NCBI GenBank assembly: GCA_007375595.1
Contig: VMEP01000001.1
Coordinates: 255,883 to 319,882 of the forward strand
Source of the DNA: Parcubacteria group bacterium LiPW_30
GTDB taxonomy: Bacteria; Patescibacteriota; Minisyncoccia; Phycocordibacterales; VMEP01
DNA length: 64,000 nt
Reading direction: 5' to 3'
How positions within the stretch are numbered: the first letter of the stretch is position 1; the number at the start of each line of letters is the position of its first letter. The notes below the pieces were generated by a model. That model did no database searches, was not told the DNA's origin, and saw only the letters and a program-made list of their open reading frames with translations. Positions 26,990 to 35,974 of this stretch are shown here, piece by piece. The translations under genes were made by a program, and so were the position numbers.

Positions 26990-27493
26990 TTACCATGGCG
27001 TTTTATTTCCAGGATATTCTGCGATTGCAAACTCGAGGCCATCTATCCCGTAATCAGCGAGACGGACACACCCACCCATGAAGCAAAACTGCTTGGCTTG
27101 GAGAATGTCGAGAGCCACGGTTGTTTCCATGCCCTGGAAAAGATTCCAGAGGTAGTGGGATTTCACCCTTTCGTCCACAACAGGTTCACCTCGTCGCTGG
27201 ATGTTTACAAGCCAGAAGATAGTGAAGACGGTCGGGGCGAGGAGGTCGCTCTTGTACTTCTTGTAGAGGCGGTATTCGGTACGGTTTGCGACGATACCGG
27301 CCAGAAGATACTTGATTACGGCAAGGAGCGGGTTCCGGTGATGTTTCTCAAGGTTACCCCGTACTTGTTTCTTCTGAATTGATTCGAAGAGCTTGATGAA
27401 CGGCCTTAGTGGGCGAAATCGCGCAATCTTGATGGCGTACTGCCCAATCAAAATTACACAGCGGGTAGAACCACACGCGAAATCAAGGTACAT
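26990..27493 (-). CDS. Hypothetical 167-aa protein, possibly small kinase-like fold
   Basis: AIKIAR (beta-3 Lys-like) and VRLADYG (DFG-like) motifs; GC-rich; weak inference. Confidence 0.3.
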   Translation of the reverse strand: MYLDFACGSTRCVILIGQYAIKIARFRPLRPFIKLFESIQKKQVRGNLEKHHRNPLLAVIKYLLAGIVANRTEYRLYKKYKSDLLAPTVFTIFWLVNIQRRGEPVVDERVKSHYLWNLFQGMETTVALDILQAKQFCFMGGCVRLADYGIDGLEFAIAEYPGNKTPW

Positions 27494-27621
27494 GATGCCT
27501 CCCGTTCCTGTTGGTTGAAGAGACTACCTATGTTTACTCGCTACACTTCATCATCTTTGGGGCTGGAAGTCAAGGATAAAAAACAAACCCATGGAAACCT
27601 GTGCTTGTGTTTTTGTGGGGT

Positions 27622-27683
27622 GGCTAAAACATCTCTACAAAAGAGATGTTCGCCCGAATATTTTGTAATTGCAAAATATTTTA
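27622..27683 (-). promoter_or_regulatory. Fifth copy of the TTCGGGCGA hairpin motif, sense orientation ahead of gene 27705
   Basis: ggctaaaaCATCTCTacaaaAGAGATGttcgcccgaa tattttgtaattgcaaaatat tttag | gagggg. Confidence 0.5.
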
Positions 27684-27704
27684 GGAGGGGTAGGATTGGG
27701 GGAC

Positions 27705-28049
27705 ATGGAGAAGGTAATACTAAGTGTGTTTGTTGGGGTACTTTTGGTTCCACAAATTGCTTTTGCTCACCCTGGTAGGACAGACTCTTCTGGTTGTCAC
27801 ACGTGTAAAACAAATTGTTCCAATTGGGGTCTTTCGTATGGAGAATATCATTGTCATAATTCAAAAGGAGTTTCTCAGCCAAAGGAACCAATAAAAAGTA
27901 CGTATGGTGAAAATGGAACAGGTTACGTTTCTAAAGCTCCTGAATATAAGACACAGAAAGTTAATACGGTGAAAAGTGTAAATACACAACAAAACAAAAA
28001 AGTAGAAGAAAAAGGAAATTGGTTTAGTAGATTATTAGGGTGGAGGTAA
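27705..28049 (+). CDS. Secreted small protein with His/Cys metal-binding-like motif (HPGRTDSSGCH...GEYHCH) and C-terminal WFSRLLGW tail
   Basis: Signal peptide MEKVILSVFVGVLLVPQIAFA; RBS AGGAGGGG; start set at ATG (track ORF begins at an upstream TTG). Confidence 0.5.
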   Translation: MEKVILSVFVGVLLVPQIAFAHPGRTDSSGCHTCKTNCSNWGLSYGEYHCHNSKGVSQPKEPIKSTYGENGTGYVSKAPEYKTQKVNTVKSVNTQQNKKVEEKGNWFSRLLGWR

Positions 28050-28058
28050 TAAAAGGAG

Positions 28059-29042
28059 ATGAAGAAAATATTTATTGCATCATTATTAATATTTACACCA
28101 GTTCTGTTTTTAAGTGCAAGCTCTATTAAGGGTGTTTCGCTTGGTGAGTTTGCCAGCTGTAGTTATTATTTAATAGAGGACAGTTCTGGGGACTATACAC
28201 TCGCAGAGTGGTACGGTGGTATTACTCCATACGAAGGAGATGTTTTATATGGGGAGTTACATTCCTATGGATTTAAGGATTTGTACAATATTACAAGGGA
28301 TAATTCTACTCGTGTGTGGATTGATGACTACTTATTGTCCGAGGACAGGGCAACGGAAAAGCTAATAGATGAATGTGGTTGGGACAGGGAAATTTTTAAT
28401 TATTTTGGTAACACGTCCTATTACCCTTCCTCTTATACACAACCACCGCGCGTATCACCGCCTACAATTTCTTGTCCTGTTAATTCAACTTTAAATTCTT
28501 CTGATTCAAAATGTTATTGTAACTCTGGGTATTCTATAAATTCAAATGGAAATGCTTGTGTAGTAAATATGCCCACTTGTACAGCCAATTCGTCTAGGAG
28601 GGCAGATAATCAATGTTATTGTGACACAAGTTTTACGCGTGTTGGAGATAGGTGTATTAGTTACACAGAAAAGTGTCAATTGACTTATGGGTCAAATTCT
28701 TATGGAACTGAAACAAATTGTTATTGTTCAAACGGTTATATTTTTAATAGTGCTGGCAATTACTGTGTTCCTAAGCCCGTAACAGTTACTACTAATCCGG
28801 TACCTAATAACGTAAGTGCTAATAAATTAACCACAGACTTAACAGAACCTGCTGTATCAAAAAAAGAAATAAAAACAATCACAACAAAAACAAATATTCT
28901 TAAAACAAAAACGATAAAGTCACAATTATCTAGTACAACTATTTCTGCGAAAGCGTCGACAACTATTGAAACACCTAATTCTAAAACAAAAATAGATCCA
29001 AAAATATCATGGTTCAATAGATTGTTTGGTTGGTTTAAATAG
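28059..29042 (+). CDS. Secreted Cys-repeat protein (three C-x-C-x2-GY-x3-N/S-x-G-N-x-C-V repeats, Thr/Lys-rich linker, C-terminal SWFNRLFGWFK)
   Basis: Signal peptide; repeats CYCNSGYSINSNGNACV / CYCDTSFTRVGDRCI / CYCSNGYIFNSAGNYCV. Confidence 0.6.
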   Translation: MKKIFIASLLIFTPVLFLSASSIKGVSLGEFASCSYYLIEDSSGDYTLAEWYGGITPYEGDVLYGELHSYGFKDLYNITRDNSTRVWIDDYLLSEDRATEKLIDECGWDREIFNYFGNTSYYPSSYTQPPRVSPPTISCPVNSTLNSSDSKCYCNSGYSINSNGNACVVNMPTCTANSSRRADNQCYCDTSFTRVGDRCISYTEKCQLTYGSNSYGTETNCYCSNGYIFNSAGNYCVPKPVTVTTNPVPNNVSANKLTTDLTEPAVSKKEIKTITTKTNILKTKTIKSQLSSTTISAKASTTIETPNSKTKIDPKISWFNRLFGWFK

Positions 29043-29087
29043 TTTATGTGATTGTGTTTTATCGTAAGAATGGAGTCAAAATAAAAA

Positions 29088-29696
29088 ATGACAAGTGATT
29101 TAAATACCATTGTGGGACTTTACAGGGAAAAAGTTTTTCAAATTTTAAAAGTGTCATTTATCCTAGAGTACTTAGAGGAATATAATTATGAATTTTCTGT
29201 AAAATACAGAGAACAGAATGCATCATTAATAACAGTGATTGAATCTATTGATTTTTGTCACACGATGCTTTTATCACGTATTTTTGACGAGGATAACAAA
29301 TCTTTCTCAGTTAAAAATATACTTAAAAAACTAAATAAGAATTATAACAATGGTGTAATTTCTGAGATTACGGAGTTAGAGCTTAAGGGGACTTTAAAAA
29401 ATCTTAGTATGTGGAGGGGAAATGTTTTTGCTCATGATAATTTTAATGTTTCAATGTCTTCAGAGCATTACGATATGTACCCTTCTCATACGATAGATTT
29501 TGAAACATTACATCAATATCTTATCGATACTCTTATAACATACGAATTTGATTTGATTAATAATGATAAATCAGTTGAATATTTAACTAATGTTTTTAAT
29601 GAGGAGTTAGAAGCTAAGAAAAAACAATGGGAAGGTGATATTAATTTAGTATTAAAGTTTATTGGTAATTATAGAGTTCAAAATCTATTAAAGTAA
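29088..29696 (+). CDS. Hypothetical protein in AT-rich island; possible HEPN-like Rx5H motif (WRGNVFAHD)
   Basis: ~28% GC; motif-level inference only. Confidence 0.35.
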   Translation: MTSDLNTIVGLYREKVFQILKVSFILEYLEEYNYEFSVKYREQNASLITVIESIDFCHTMLLSRIFDEDNKSFSVKNILKKLNKNYNNGVISEITELELKGTLKNLSMWRGNVFAHDNFNVSMSSEHYDMYPSHTIDFETLHQYLIDTLITYEFDLINNDKSVEYLTNVFNEELEAKKKQWEGDINLVLKFIGNYRVQNLLK

Positions 29697-29830
29697 TTTA
29701 TTGCTCGCTAAATTTTGTGTTGTTTGAACGTAAGGGTTTTCATCAGTTTAGTTAAATTATGGGTTTCGGTTGCATAAACACTCTAGAACTGTAAGTATTA
29801 ACGTGTTAGGATATTTGTGATTTTATAACC

Positions 29831-30241
29831 ATGTCAAAGCATAAAGGAATATGGGAGTATGTAAAAATTAGTTCTTCGGAATACTACTATTCTGAAATAC
29901 AACCAGAAGGAATAAATTATTTTCTTCGAGCTGCAACAGCAAAAATTCTATGGGTGACTTTTTGTTACATACTGGTTTTAAAGATGATCCCGCTAACTAA
30001 CTTTATCCTTTTGAACGCCTCGGTTCTTCTTGCGGGAAGCGCGTTTATTTTCTTTTGGGAACAGGTTGTAAAAGATCATGCTCCAAAATGGTGTGACGAT
30101 TTTGTAACTGGAAAGATATTTTTTGAAGTTGACATATCTTCATTAAACAAGTATATTTTCTACCTCTTTATAGCAAACCTACTTATGTTCCTTTTCCCTG
30201 GAACTAAATTAGGATTAACAACATCTTATGACAAAAAATAG
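29831..30241 (+). CDS. Hypothetical membrane protein
   Basis: Three predicted TM segments; AT-rich. Confidence 0.4.
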   Translation: MSKHKGIWEYVKISSSEYYYSEIQPEGINYFLRAATAKILWVTFCYILVLKMIPLTNFILLNASVLLAGSAFIFFWEQVVKDHAPKWCDDFVTGKIFFEVDISSLNKYIFYLFIANLLMFLFPGTKLGLTTSYDKK

Positions 30242-30872
30242 TCTTACAACTAGTATTATATTGTTTATTTTGGCAGTATCATTGCTCTTCTTTGCAATAA
30301 AGAATAGTAGCAAAGAGGATAGTAAAACTAATATATCCATCGAGACCATAAAGGAAGAAGTTATTCCGTATAAAGCAAAAGATTCGATGAGCAAAGTTTT
30401 AGTTGTGAAAGATTTTAAGAATTCCTCAATTTCCCACAGCCCGACAGATACTTTTAAAAAAACACTAGAGGTCAACGGGACCATCGTTGGTGGTTATATA
30501 TACATTAAGGCCGATGTTGACAACAGGGCCCTTACTAGTTTTGATGATATATATGTAAAACTCATAGAGTCTTCCCATGGGTTGTATAAAGAATATGGGG
30601 GACATTTAATACAAAGCCAAAGTCTTGACACCCCTAAAAATGATAAACAAACCGAATTTTTATACGAACTTTCGTCTATAAAATATAAAAAAAGTTTTAC
30701 CGATTCTGACAAAGAGGTACTTTCTGGTAACTGGCTCGCTATTTTAAATGATTCTACAACTAAGAAAATTTTGGGGTTCTCCTCAACTTCTCGAAATGGG
30801 GATATGCAAGAGATGTATATTTATTATAAATGTTTAGATAACACCGATTGTTCGATTAGTATTTCCCAGTGA
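30228..30872 (+). CDS. Hypothetical N-terminally anchored extracytoplasmic protein
   Basis: Single N-terminal TM then Ser/Lys-rich domain. Confidence 0.4.
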   Translation: MTKNSLTTSIILFILAVSLLFFAIKNSSKEDSKTNISIETIKEEVIPYKAKDSMSKVLVVKDFKNSSISHSPTDTFKKTLEVNGTIVGGYIYIKADVDNRALTSFDDIYVKLIESSHGLYKEYGGHLIQSQSLDTPKNDKQTEFLYELSSIKYKKSFTDSDKEVLSGNWLAILNDSTTKKILGFSSTSRNGDMQEMYIYYKCLDNTDCSISISQ

Positions 30873-30916
30873 TTTAAGGTTATTTTTTTATTTAAAATAT
30901 GTAAATAGAACCAAAT

Positions 30917-31228
30917 GTGGTTAGTTACTTTCTGGTTATTACGTCTGGATTTGCTGTTGTGTGGGGTTTTCGGGCTTTTAGTGATAGTGGTGAAAAGAAG
31001 ATATCTGAGTTCGAATATGCCGGGTTCAGTACTTTTTGGGGAAGTTTAGTTTTCATTTTATTTATCTGGATATTAAAAAACAAATCAGATATTTTGCTTG
31101 GGGCACTTTCTTATCCTTTTACGGCTACGCCCACATTGTTTTTACTCGGAGGTATTACTGGAGCTTCCACTGGGTGGATTTTTAAACATACGCATGAGTT
31201 GCGGACTTGGTTGCAAAGTAAACTATGA
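30917..31228 (+). CDS. Hypothetical small membrane protein
   Basis: Hydrophobic segments; weak. Confidence 0.3.
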   Translation: MVSYFLVITSGFAVVWGFRAFSDSGEKKISEFEYAGFSTFWGSLVFILFIWILKNKSDILLGALSYPFTATPTLFLLGGITGASTGWIFKHTHELRTWLQSKL

Positions 31229-31364
31229 CAAGGGAGATTGACTATAAATAACTTTTTGCCGTCGCAAAAAGTTTTGAGGATTAGTTCGATGTGGGAATTG
31301 GTCACAAATCTTTTGTTGCTACAAAAGTTCGCGACCCCGCCTCGCGCCGTCGCGCTCCGGCTTT

Positions 31365-31447
31365 CAATTCCCCACACAAGACATGCAGATGTCTTGCTCC
31401 ATCTCCACAAACAAAAATGGCTCACCGAAAGGTGAGCTCATTTTTGA
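31365..31447. repeat. Inverted partial copy of the tmRNA 3' end next to a bidirectional terminator hairpin
   Basis: ttcaattcccc...tccatctccacaa is the reverse complement of tmRNA 3' segments tgtggagatgg / ggggaattgaa; terminator ggctcaccgaaaggtgagcc. Confidence 0.5.
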
Positions 31448-31452
31448 TAATT

Positions 31453-31849
31453 GTGGAGATGGGGGGAATTGAACCCCCGTGCAGATGATTTTCAGGCGCG
31501 GGTCTACGAAGCTTAGTTTGTTTTTTTGTTTTCAGCACGAAAGGTTTAAAGCAAACAAAATCCTTTCACACTTATCCTCTATGTTTTTTAGTTAGTATCC
31601 CCGAGAAGTGAAATACGCTTAGTCCGGAAATATAACGCCCGTTCACATCTACCAGACTGCAATGTGACGAACGACCTTAGCTTATTTTATTAAGCGAAAG
31701 CGACGGCGAAGCTGTTTGCCTTAAAATAAGGAGAAACAGATAAGCCCTGTGCAGTTTTGTTTGCACTTATGTTTTGTGACGGTTTAACAAGTCATCACAG
31801 CTTGGCTTGCGCGCGCGAGAATGGTCAGCTGTCTAAGCAAATCATCCCC
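31453..31849 (-). ncRNA. ssrA: tmRNA (ssrA)
   Basis: Minus-strand 5' GGGGATG pairs with 3' CATCTCC; T-arm GGGGGTTCAATTCCCCC; candidate tag reading frame GCA AAC AGC TTC GCC GTC GCT TTC GCT TAA TAA; smpB adjacent. Confidence 0.75.
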
Positions 31850-31910
31850 CTAAAACATTTTTGTTGCAAAAATGTTCGGGCGACCATTTTCTTTAGAAAA
31901 TGGTTTAGCC
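31850..31910 (+). promoter_or_regulatory. CTAAAA-hairpin-TTCGGGCGA-hairpin-TTTTAGCC motif abutting the tmRNA 5' end (antisense as written)
   Basis: 45-nt core identical to the copy at 25019-25064. Confidence 0.5.
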
Positions 31911-31913
31911 AAT

Positions 31914-32183
31914 TTAATGGCACACCCTATTTTGTTTATATTTCTTTAAAATCTTTTGTTTGAATCTAGCCGACCACAGACTTTTTAGGAATCTCTCTCT
32001 GTTGAACGCTTCACTTTTATCATCTAATTTTTCAGAATAAATGATTTCAAACGGTCGGCGTTTTACAGTCGCGATAACCTTGCCTTGATTGTGGTCTTTG
32101 ATTCTGCGTTCAAGATTTTCTGTACATCCTACATACAGTTTCTCGTCTTTTAAACTGAGTAGAATATAAACAAAATAGGGCAT
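31914..32183 (-). CDS. GIY-YIG domain nuclease (UPF0213/YhbQ-like)
   Basis: YFVYILLS..KLYVGCT..L.RRI.DHN motif set. Confidence 0.75.
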   Translation of the reverse strand: MPYFVYILLSLKDEKLYVGCTENLERRIKDHNQGKVIATVKRRPFEIIYSEKLDDKSEAFNRERFLKSLWSARFKQKILKKYKQNRVCH

Positions 32184-32184
32184 A

Positions 32185-32631
32185 CTACATGTTTTTCAAT
32201 GATCTCCTTACTTCACGCATGTCGTCTCGTTTTTTTATTGTCTCGCGTTTATCAAATTTCTTTTTACCGCGAGCAACTCCGAGCGACACCTTGACCTTAC
32301 CTTTTTTATTATACATCGAAAGTGGCACTATTGTCAACTTCTTTTCTTGCTCCATTTGGGCAAGTTCAATGATTTCTTTCTTGGTTAGAAGGAGTTTTCT
32401 GGTGCGGAGAGGATCATAACCTTTTGGCATATTTCCGGCTTGATATGGCGGGATATTTGAACCAAGTAAAAAAACTTCGCCACCACGGACGACAGCATAA
32501 GCCCCCTCAAGGGAACCCATACCTCCTTTAATAGACTTAACCTCAGGACCTAAAAGCTCAATACCAGCTTCTAGTGTTTCCGTAATTTCGTAATTAAATC
32601 TAGCTTTTTTGTTTTCTATGAAAGAAGACAT
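32185..32631 (-). CDS. smpB: SsrA-binding protein SmpB
   Basis: SmpB family sequence; adjacent to tmRNA. Confidence 0.9.
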   Translation of the reverse strand: MSSFIENKKARFNYEITETLEAGIELLGPEVKSIKGGMGSLEGAYAVVRGGEVFLLGSNIPPYQAGNMPKGYDPLRTRKLLLTKKEIIELAQMEQEKKLTIVPLSMYNKKGKVKVSLGVARGKKKFDKRETIKKRDDMREVRRSLKNM

Positions 32632-32699
32632 ATTGCGATTCTAACACGCCTTAAGATATTTTTTCATATACTTTTAAACTGGTGTATAATGTCGAAACT

Positions 32700-34634
32700 A
32701 TGGAAATAAAAATGCCAAAAATGAAGGGTGGAAAAGACGAAAAGGGGAATAAAAAAGAATTGAAAAAAATGACCACTATTCAATTGGTCAGCAATATTGC
32801 TACAGCTCTTTTAATTTTCCTACTCTTAACTTCTCTATATTCATATATTTCCGAGCGCGCTAAAAAACCAGCCAACATTCCAGTCTCCGAAGCTGCTCAA
32901 TTAGTTCAAGATGGAAAGGTAAAAAAGATTTCGGTTGTTGGTGAGGAATTGAAAATCACACTTACTGACGATACAGAGCGCACTTCAAAGAAAGAAAAAG
33001 AGTCGGCAGTTTCTGAAACACTTTCGCGCTACGGTGTTACTTCTGAAAAATTATCTAAAGTTGAAGTTTCTATTTCAGATGACCGTGGTGTTTCATTTTG
33101 GTTACTCAACATTTTACCTTTTCTTATTCCCGTTCTTTTCATTGTCTTTTTCTTTTGGTTCTTATCTCGACAAGTTAAGGGCGCTGGCATGCAAGCATTT
33201 ACTTTCGGACAATCCAAAGCCCGCGTTATTGACCCTCTAGATTTAAATCAAAAAGTAACATTTAAAGATGTCGCAGGGGTGAAAGAAGCAAAGGAAGAAT
33301 TACGTGAGATTGTCGACTTTTTGAAAAACCCTAAAAAATTCTTAGACATCGGCGCACGTATTCCAAAAGGTGTTCTTTTGATGGGTGCTCCCGGCACAGG
33401 AAAAACATTGCTTGCAAGAGCGGTGGCGGGGGAAGCAGCCGTGCCATTTTTCTATCTATCCGGTTCTGAATTCGTGGAAATGTTTGTTGGCGTTGGCGCT
33501 TCTCGTGTACGCGACTTGTTTATGATGGCAAAGAAAGCAGCTCCAGCAATTGTTTTCGTTGATGAAATTGACGCCGTTGGTCGCGTGCGCGGAACAGGTG
33601 TTGGTGGTGGCAACGATGAACGCGAGCAAACACTGAATCAAATTCTAGTCGAGATGGATGGTTTTGAACCAACCGAGAAAGTTATTGTTATGGCAGCAAC
33701 CAACAGGCCTGATGTTTTGGACCCAGCTTTGCTTCGTCCAGGTCGTTTTGATCGTCGAGTAATTCTTGATTTACCAGACCGCGACGAACGTGAAGAGATT
33801 TTGAAAATTCACAGTTTGAAAAAGCCATTAACCGAAGATGTTAACCTCCGTGTGATTGCTGAACGTACACCTGGTTTTTCTGGCGCTGATTTATTCTCAC
33901 TTATGAACGAAGGTGCAATTTTGGCCGCACGAGAAATAAGAAAGAAAGTTTCCCAATACGACCTTATTCGTTCTATTGAAAAAGTGATGATGGGCCCAGA
34001 AAGAAAGAGCCACCTTCTCTCTATTAAAGAAAAAGAAATTACCGCCTACCACGAAGCAGGGCACGCGCTACTTGCTTCCGTCTTACCATATGCTGACCCA
34101 GTGCATAAAGTTTCAATCGTTGCTCGTGGTCGCGCTGGTGGATACACACTAAAACTTCCAATCGAAGAAAGAAAATTACAATCGAAGAAAGAGTTTTTGG
34201 ATGATATTGTTGTTTCTCTTGGTGGATACGTTGCTGAAGAAACAGTTTTTGGTGATTTAACAACAGGACCATCAAACGACCTTCAAGTCGCAACCGCCTT
34301 AGCGCGCGACATGGTTACTAAATATGGAATGTCTGAAAAGATGGGACCAGTCGCGCTTGAAGGTTCTGGTGGGCGAGTTTTATTTGGAACCGGTGTTTCG
34401 GATCACGGCTATTCCGAAGTTGTTTCCGCAAAAATTGACGAAGAGGTTTCAAAGATAATGAACGATTCAATGAAAAAAGCGCAGGCGGAAATAAAAACAC
34501 ACAGAAAAATACTTGATGCTATCGCCAAAGAACTTGTTTCAGTTGAAACGATTGAGCGAGAAGAGTTTGAAAAAATTCTTGTTGCCAATGGCATAATGCC
34601 AAAGAAGGGAGAGGGAATCGACATCGTTTCGTAA
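32700..34634 (+). CDS. ftsH: ATP-dependent zinc metalloprotease FtsH
   Basis: AAA Walker [18 protein letters not shown] zinc site; start uncertain (a -10-like TGTATAAT at 32683-32690 argues against the 32682 start). Confidence 0.9.
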   Translation: MEIKMPKMKGGKDEKGNKKELKKMTTIQLVSNIATALLIFLLLTSLYSYISERAKKPANIPVSEAAQLVQDGKVKKISVVGEELKITLTDDTERTSKKEKESAVSETLSRYGVTSEKLSKVEVSISDDRGVSFWLLNILPFLIPVLFIVFFFWFLSRQVKGAGMQAFTFGQSKARVIDPLDLNQKVTFKDVAGVKEAKEELREIVDFLKNPKKFLDIGARIPKGVLLMGAPGTGKTLLARAVAGEAAVPFFYLSGSEFVEMFVGVGASRVRDLFMMAKKAAPAIVFVDEIDAVGRVRGTGVGGGNDEREQTLNQILVEMDGFEPTEKVIVMAATNRPDVLDPALLRPGRFDRRVILDLPDRDEREEILKIHSLKKPLTEDVNLRVIAERTPGFSGADLFSLMNEGAILAAREIRKKVSQYDLIRSIEKVMMGPERKSHLLSIKEKEITAYHEAGHALLASVLPYADPVHKVSIVARGRAGGYTLKLPIEERKLQSKKEFLDDIVVSLGGYVAEETVFGDLTTGPSNDLQVATALARDMVTKYGMSEKMGPVALEGSGGRVLFGTGVSDHGYSEVVSAKIDEEVSKIMNDSMKKAQAEIKTHRKILDAIAKELVSVETIEREEFEKILVANGIMPKKGEGIDIVS

Positions 34635-34644
34635 AAATAAATAT

Positions 34645-34678
34645 AAAACAAAAAAACCGCCAAATGGCGGTTTTTTTA
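34645..34678. terminator. Bidirectional terminator
   Basis: aaaaaaaccgccaaatggcggttttttta. Confidence 0.7.
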
Positions 34679-35671
34679 TTACTTAAGATTTAATCTTTCA
34701 GAAATCAAATCTACTTTTCCACGCACGTTTTCATAGTTAGATTTCTTTGAAGCGTAAAGCTCATAGTCTTTCTTTGTGTGTGAGTCACCACCACCACTTT
34801 CAAGTGCTTTGTATTTTTTTATCAACCCTTTTAGTATTTCTTGTTCTTTTTTTATTCCCTCTTTAAATTTACCTTTAAAGCCCAATCCATAAGTTGTTTC
34901 AAGACCATCAATACGCTTTTGTTTCAAAAGCTTCTCTACTAGTTTTAGTGGAATTTCTTTTGCGGTGGTGAAATAGTGGGCGATAAAGGCAAGACCTCCG
35001 GCATTTCTAATAAGCTTAACGGCTTCGTCTAAATCAGGTCGGTCATCTATTTCAACAGAACATGGTTTAAATGCGTGATGTCCAAGGAAAAGACTATAGG
35101 GTTGTTGATATTCGCCAACGTTCATCATTAAGTCGTATTCTTTTTTAATTTTGTCATTTGTTTTTGAAGCCTCCTTCATTTCCTCTATAGATTTCTTAAA
35201 AATAAGAAGATTCCTCTTTTTTGAAAGAAGGATGGAAACGATATGTGGTTTATTAACTACTCCTTCGCCAGCCTTTCGAAGACACTCTTTTGCTGTTATA
35301 GAAAGACCATATTTTTGAAGATTTAAAACCGTCTTTTCCATGCGAGTAATTCTCAATCGTGATATTTTTTCCGTGAACGCGCGAAGTTTTTTATTTTGAG
35401 GGTTAACAAACAAACCTATTGTATGTAGCGTGCCGTTTCCACGGAGGGCCTCTTTGGGGTGCTTTGCAGAAATTTCAATTCCCATAACCACATTCACAGG
35501 ACCTTTATATTTTTTTAGAAAAGTAAGTGTTTTATCACTCGGTAATACATCGTGGTCAGTAAAAGCTAGAGTTTTGTAACCTAGTTTTTCAGTAAGAGCT
35601 AAGACTTCTTTGTGGCTTAAATCGCCGTCTGAAATTTTTGTATGATTATGTAGGGATTCAATATTTTTCAT
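34679..35671 (-). CDS. PHP-domain metal-dependent phosphoesterase
   Basis: N-terminal H.H..SDG and later His/Asp ligand pattern of the PHP family. Confidence 0.65.
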   Translation of the reverse strand: MKNIESLHNHTKISDGDLSHKEVLALTEKLGYKTLAFTDHDVLPSDKTLTFLKKYKGPVNVVMGIEISAKHPKEALRGNGTLHTIGLFVNPQNKKLRAFTEKISRLRITRMEKTVLNLQKYGLSITAKECLRKAGEGVVNKPHIVSILLSKKRNLLIFKKSIEEMKEASKTNDKIKKEYDLMMNVGEYQQPYSLFLGHHAFKPCSVEIDDRPDLDEAVKLIRNAGGLAFIAHYFTTAKEIPLKLVEKLLKQKRIDGLETTYGLGFKGKFKEGIKKEQEILKGLIKKYKALESGGGDSHTKKDYELYASKKSNYENVRGKVDLISERLNLK

Positions 35672-35744
35672 TTCGTATGGTATTTTGAGCCGTCAGTATA
35701 ACATTTTGTCTTAATCTTAGTTTTCCTGTTTTTATTAGAAACCA

Positions 35745-35786
35745 TCCCCCGACTATAATTACGCTATAGCGTAATTATAGTCGGGG
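35745..35786. repeat. Perfect 42-bp palindrome centred on GCTATAGC
   Basis: cccccgactataattacgc TATA gcgtaattatagtcggggg. Confidence 0.8.
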
Positions 35787-35882
35787 GGGGTTATTTAAAA
35801 CTTGTGCAGTTTCTCTTGAAAATGTAAACTTCGATTTACGTTCTATTTATTTATGTAGCCAAGAACTTGATTGAAAATATGC

Positions 35883-35960
35883 GTCCGCCCTTAGCTCAGT
35901 TGGTTAGAGCACAGAGCTTATACCTCTGCGGTCCCTGGTTCGAATCCAGGAGGGCGGACA
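35883..35960 (+). tRNA. tRNA with anticodon TAT (UAU; reads AUA, Ile); acceptor helix can extend to 9 bp
   Basis: Cloverleaf folded by hand: D-arm TAGCTCAGTTGGTTAGAGC, anticodon stem CAGAG/CTCTG, loop CTTATAC, T-loop TTCGAAT, acceptor CCGCCCT/AGGGCGG. Confidence 0.6.
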
Positions 35961-35974
35961 TATATTTTCAGTTT

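Noticed and set aside
27669-27704. TTG start at 27669 for the small secreted protein
   Set aside because: It would start inside the conserved leader motif, upstream of the AGGAGGGG RBS. ATG 27705, directly preceding the signal peptide, is preferred.
31238-31488. ORFs 31238..31435 and 31291..31488(+), and 31111..31425(-)
   Set aside because: They cover the terminator hairpin, the inverted tmRNA fragment and the tmRNA 3' end itself.
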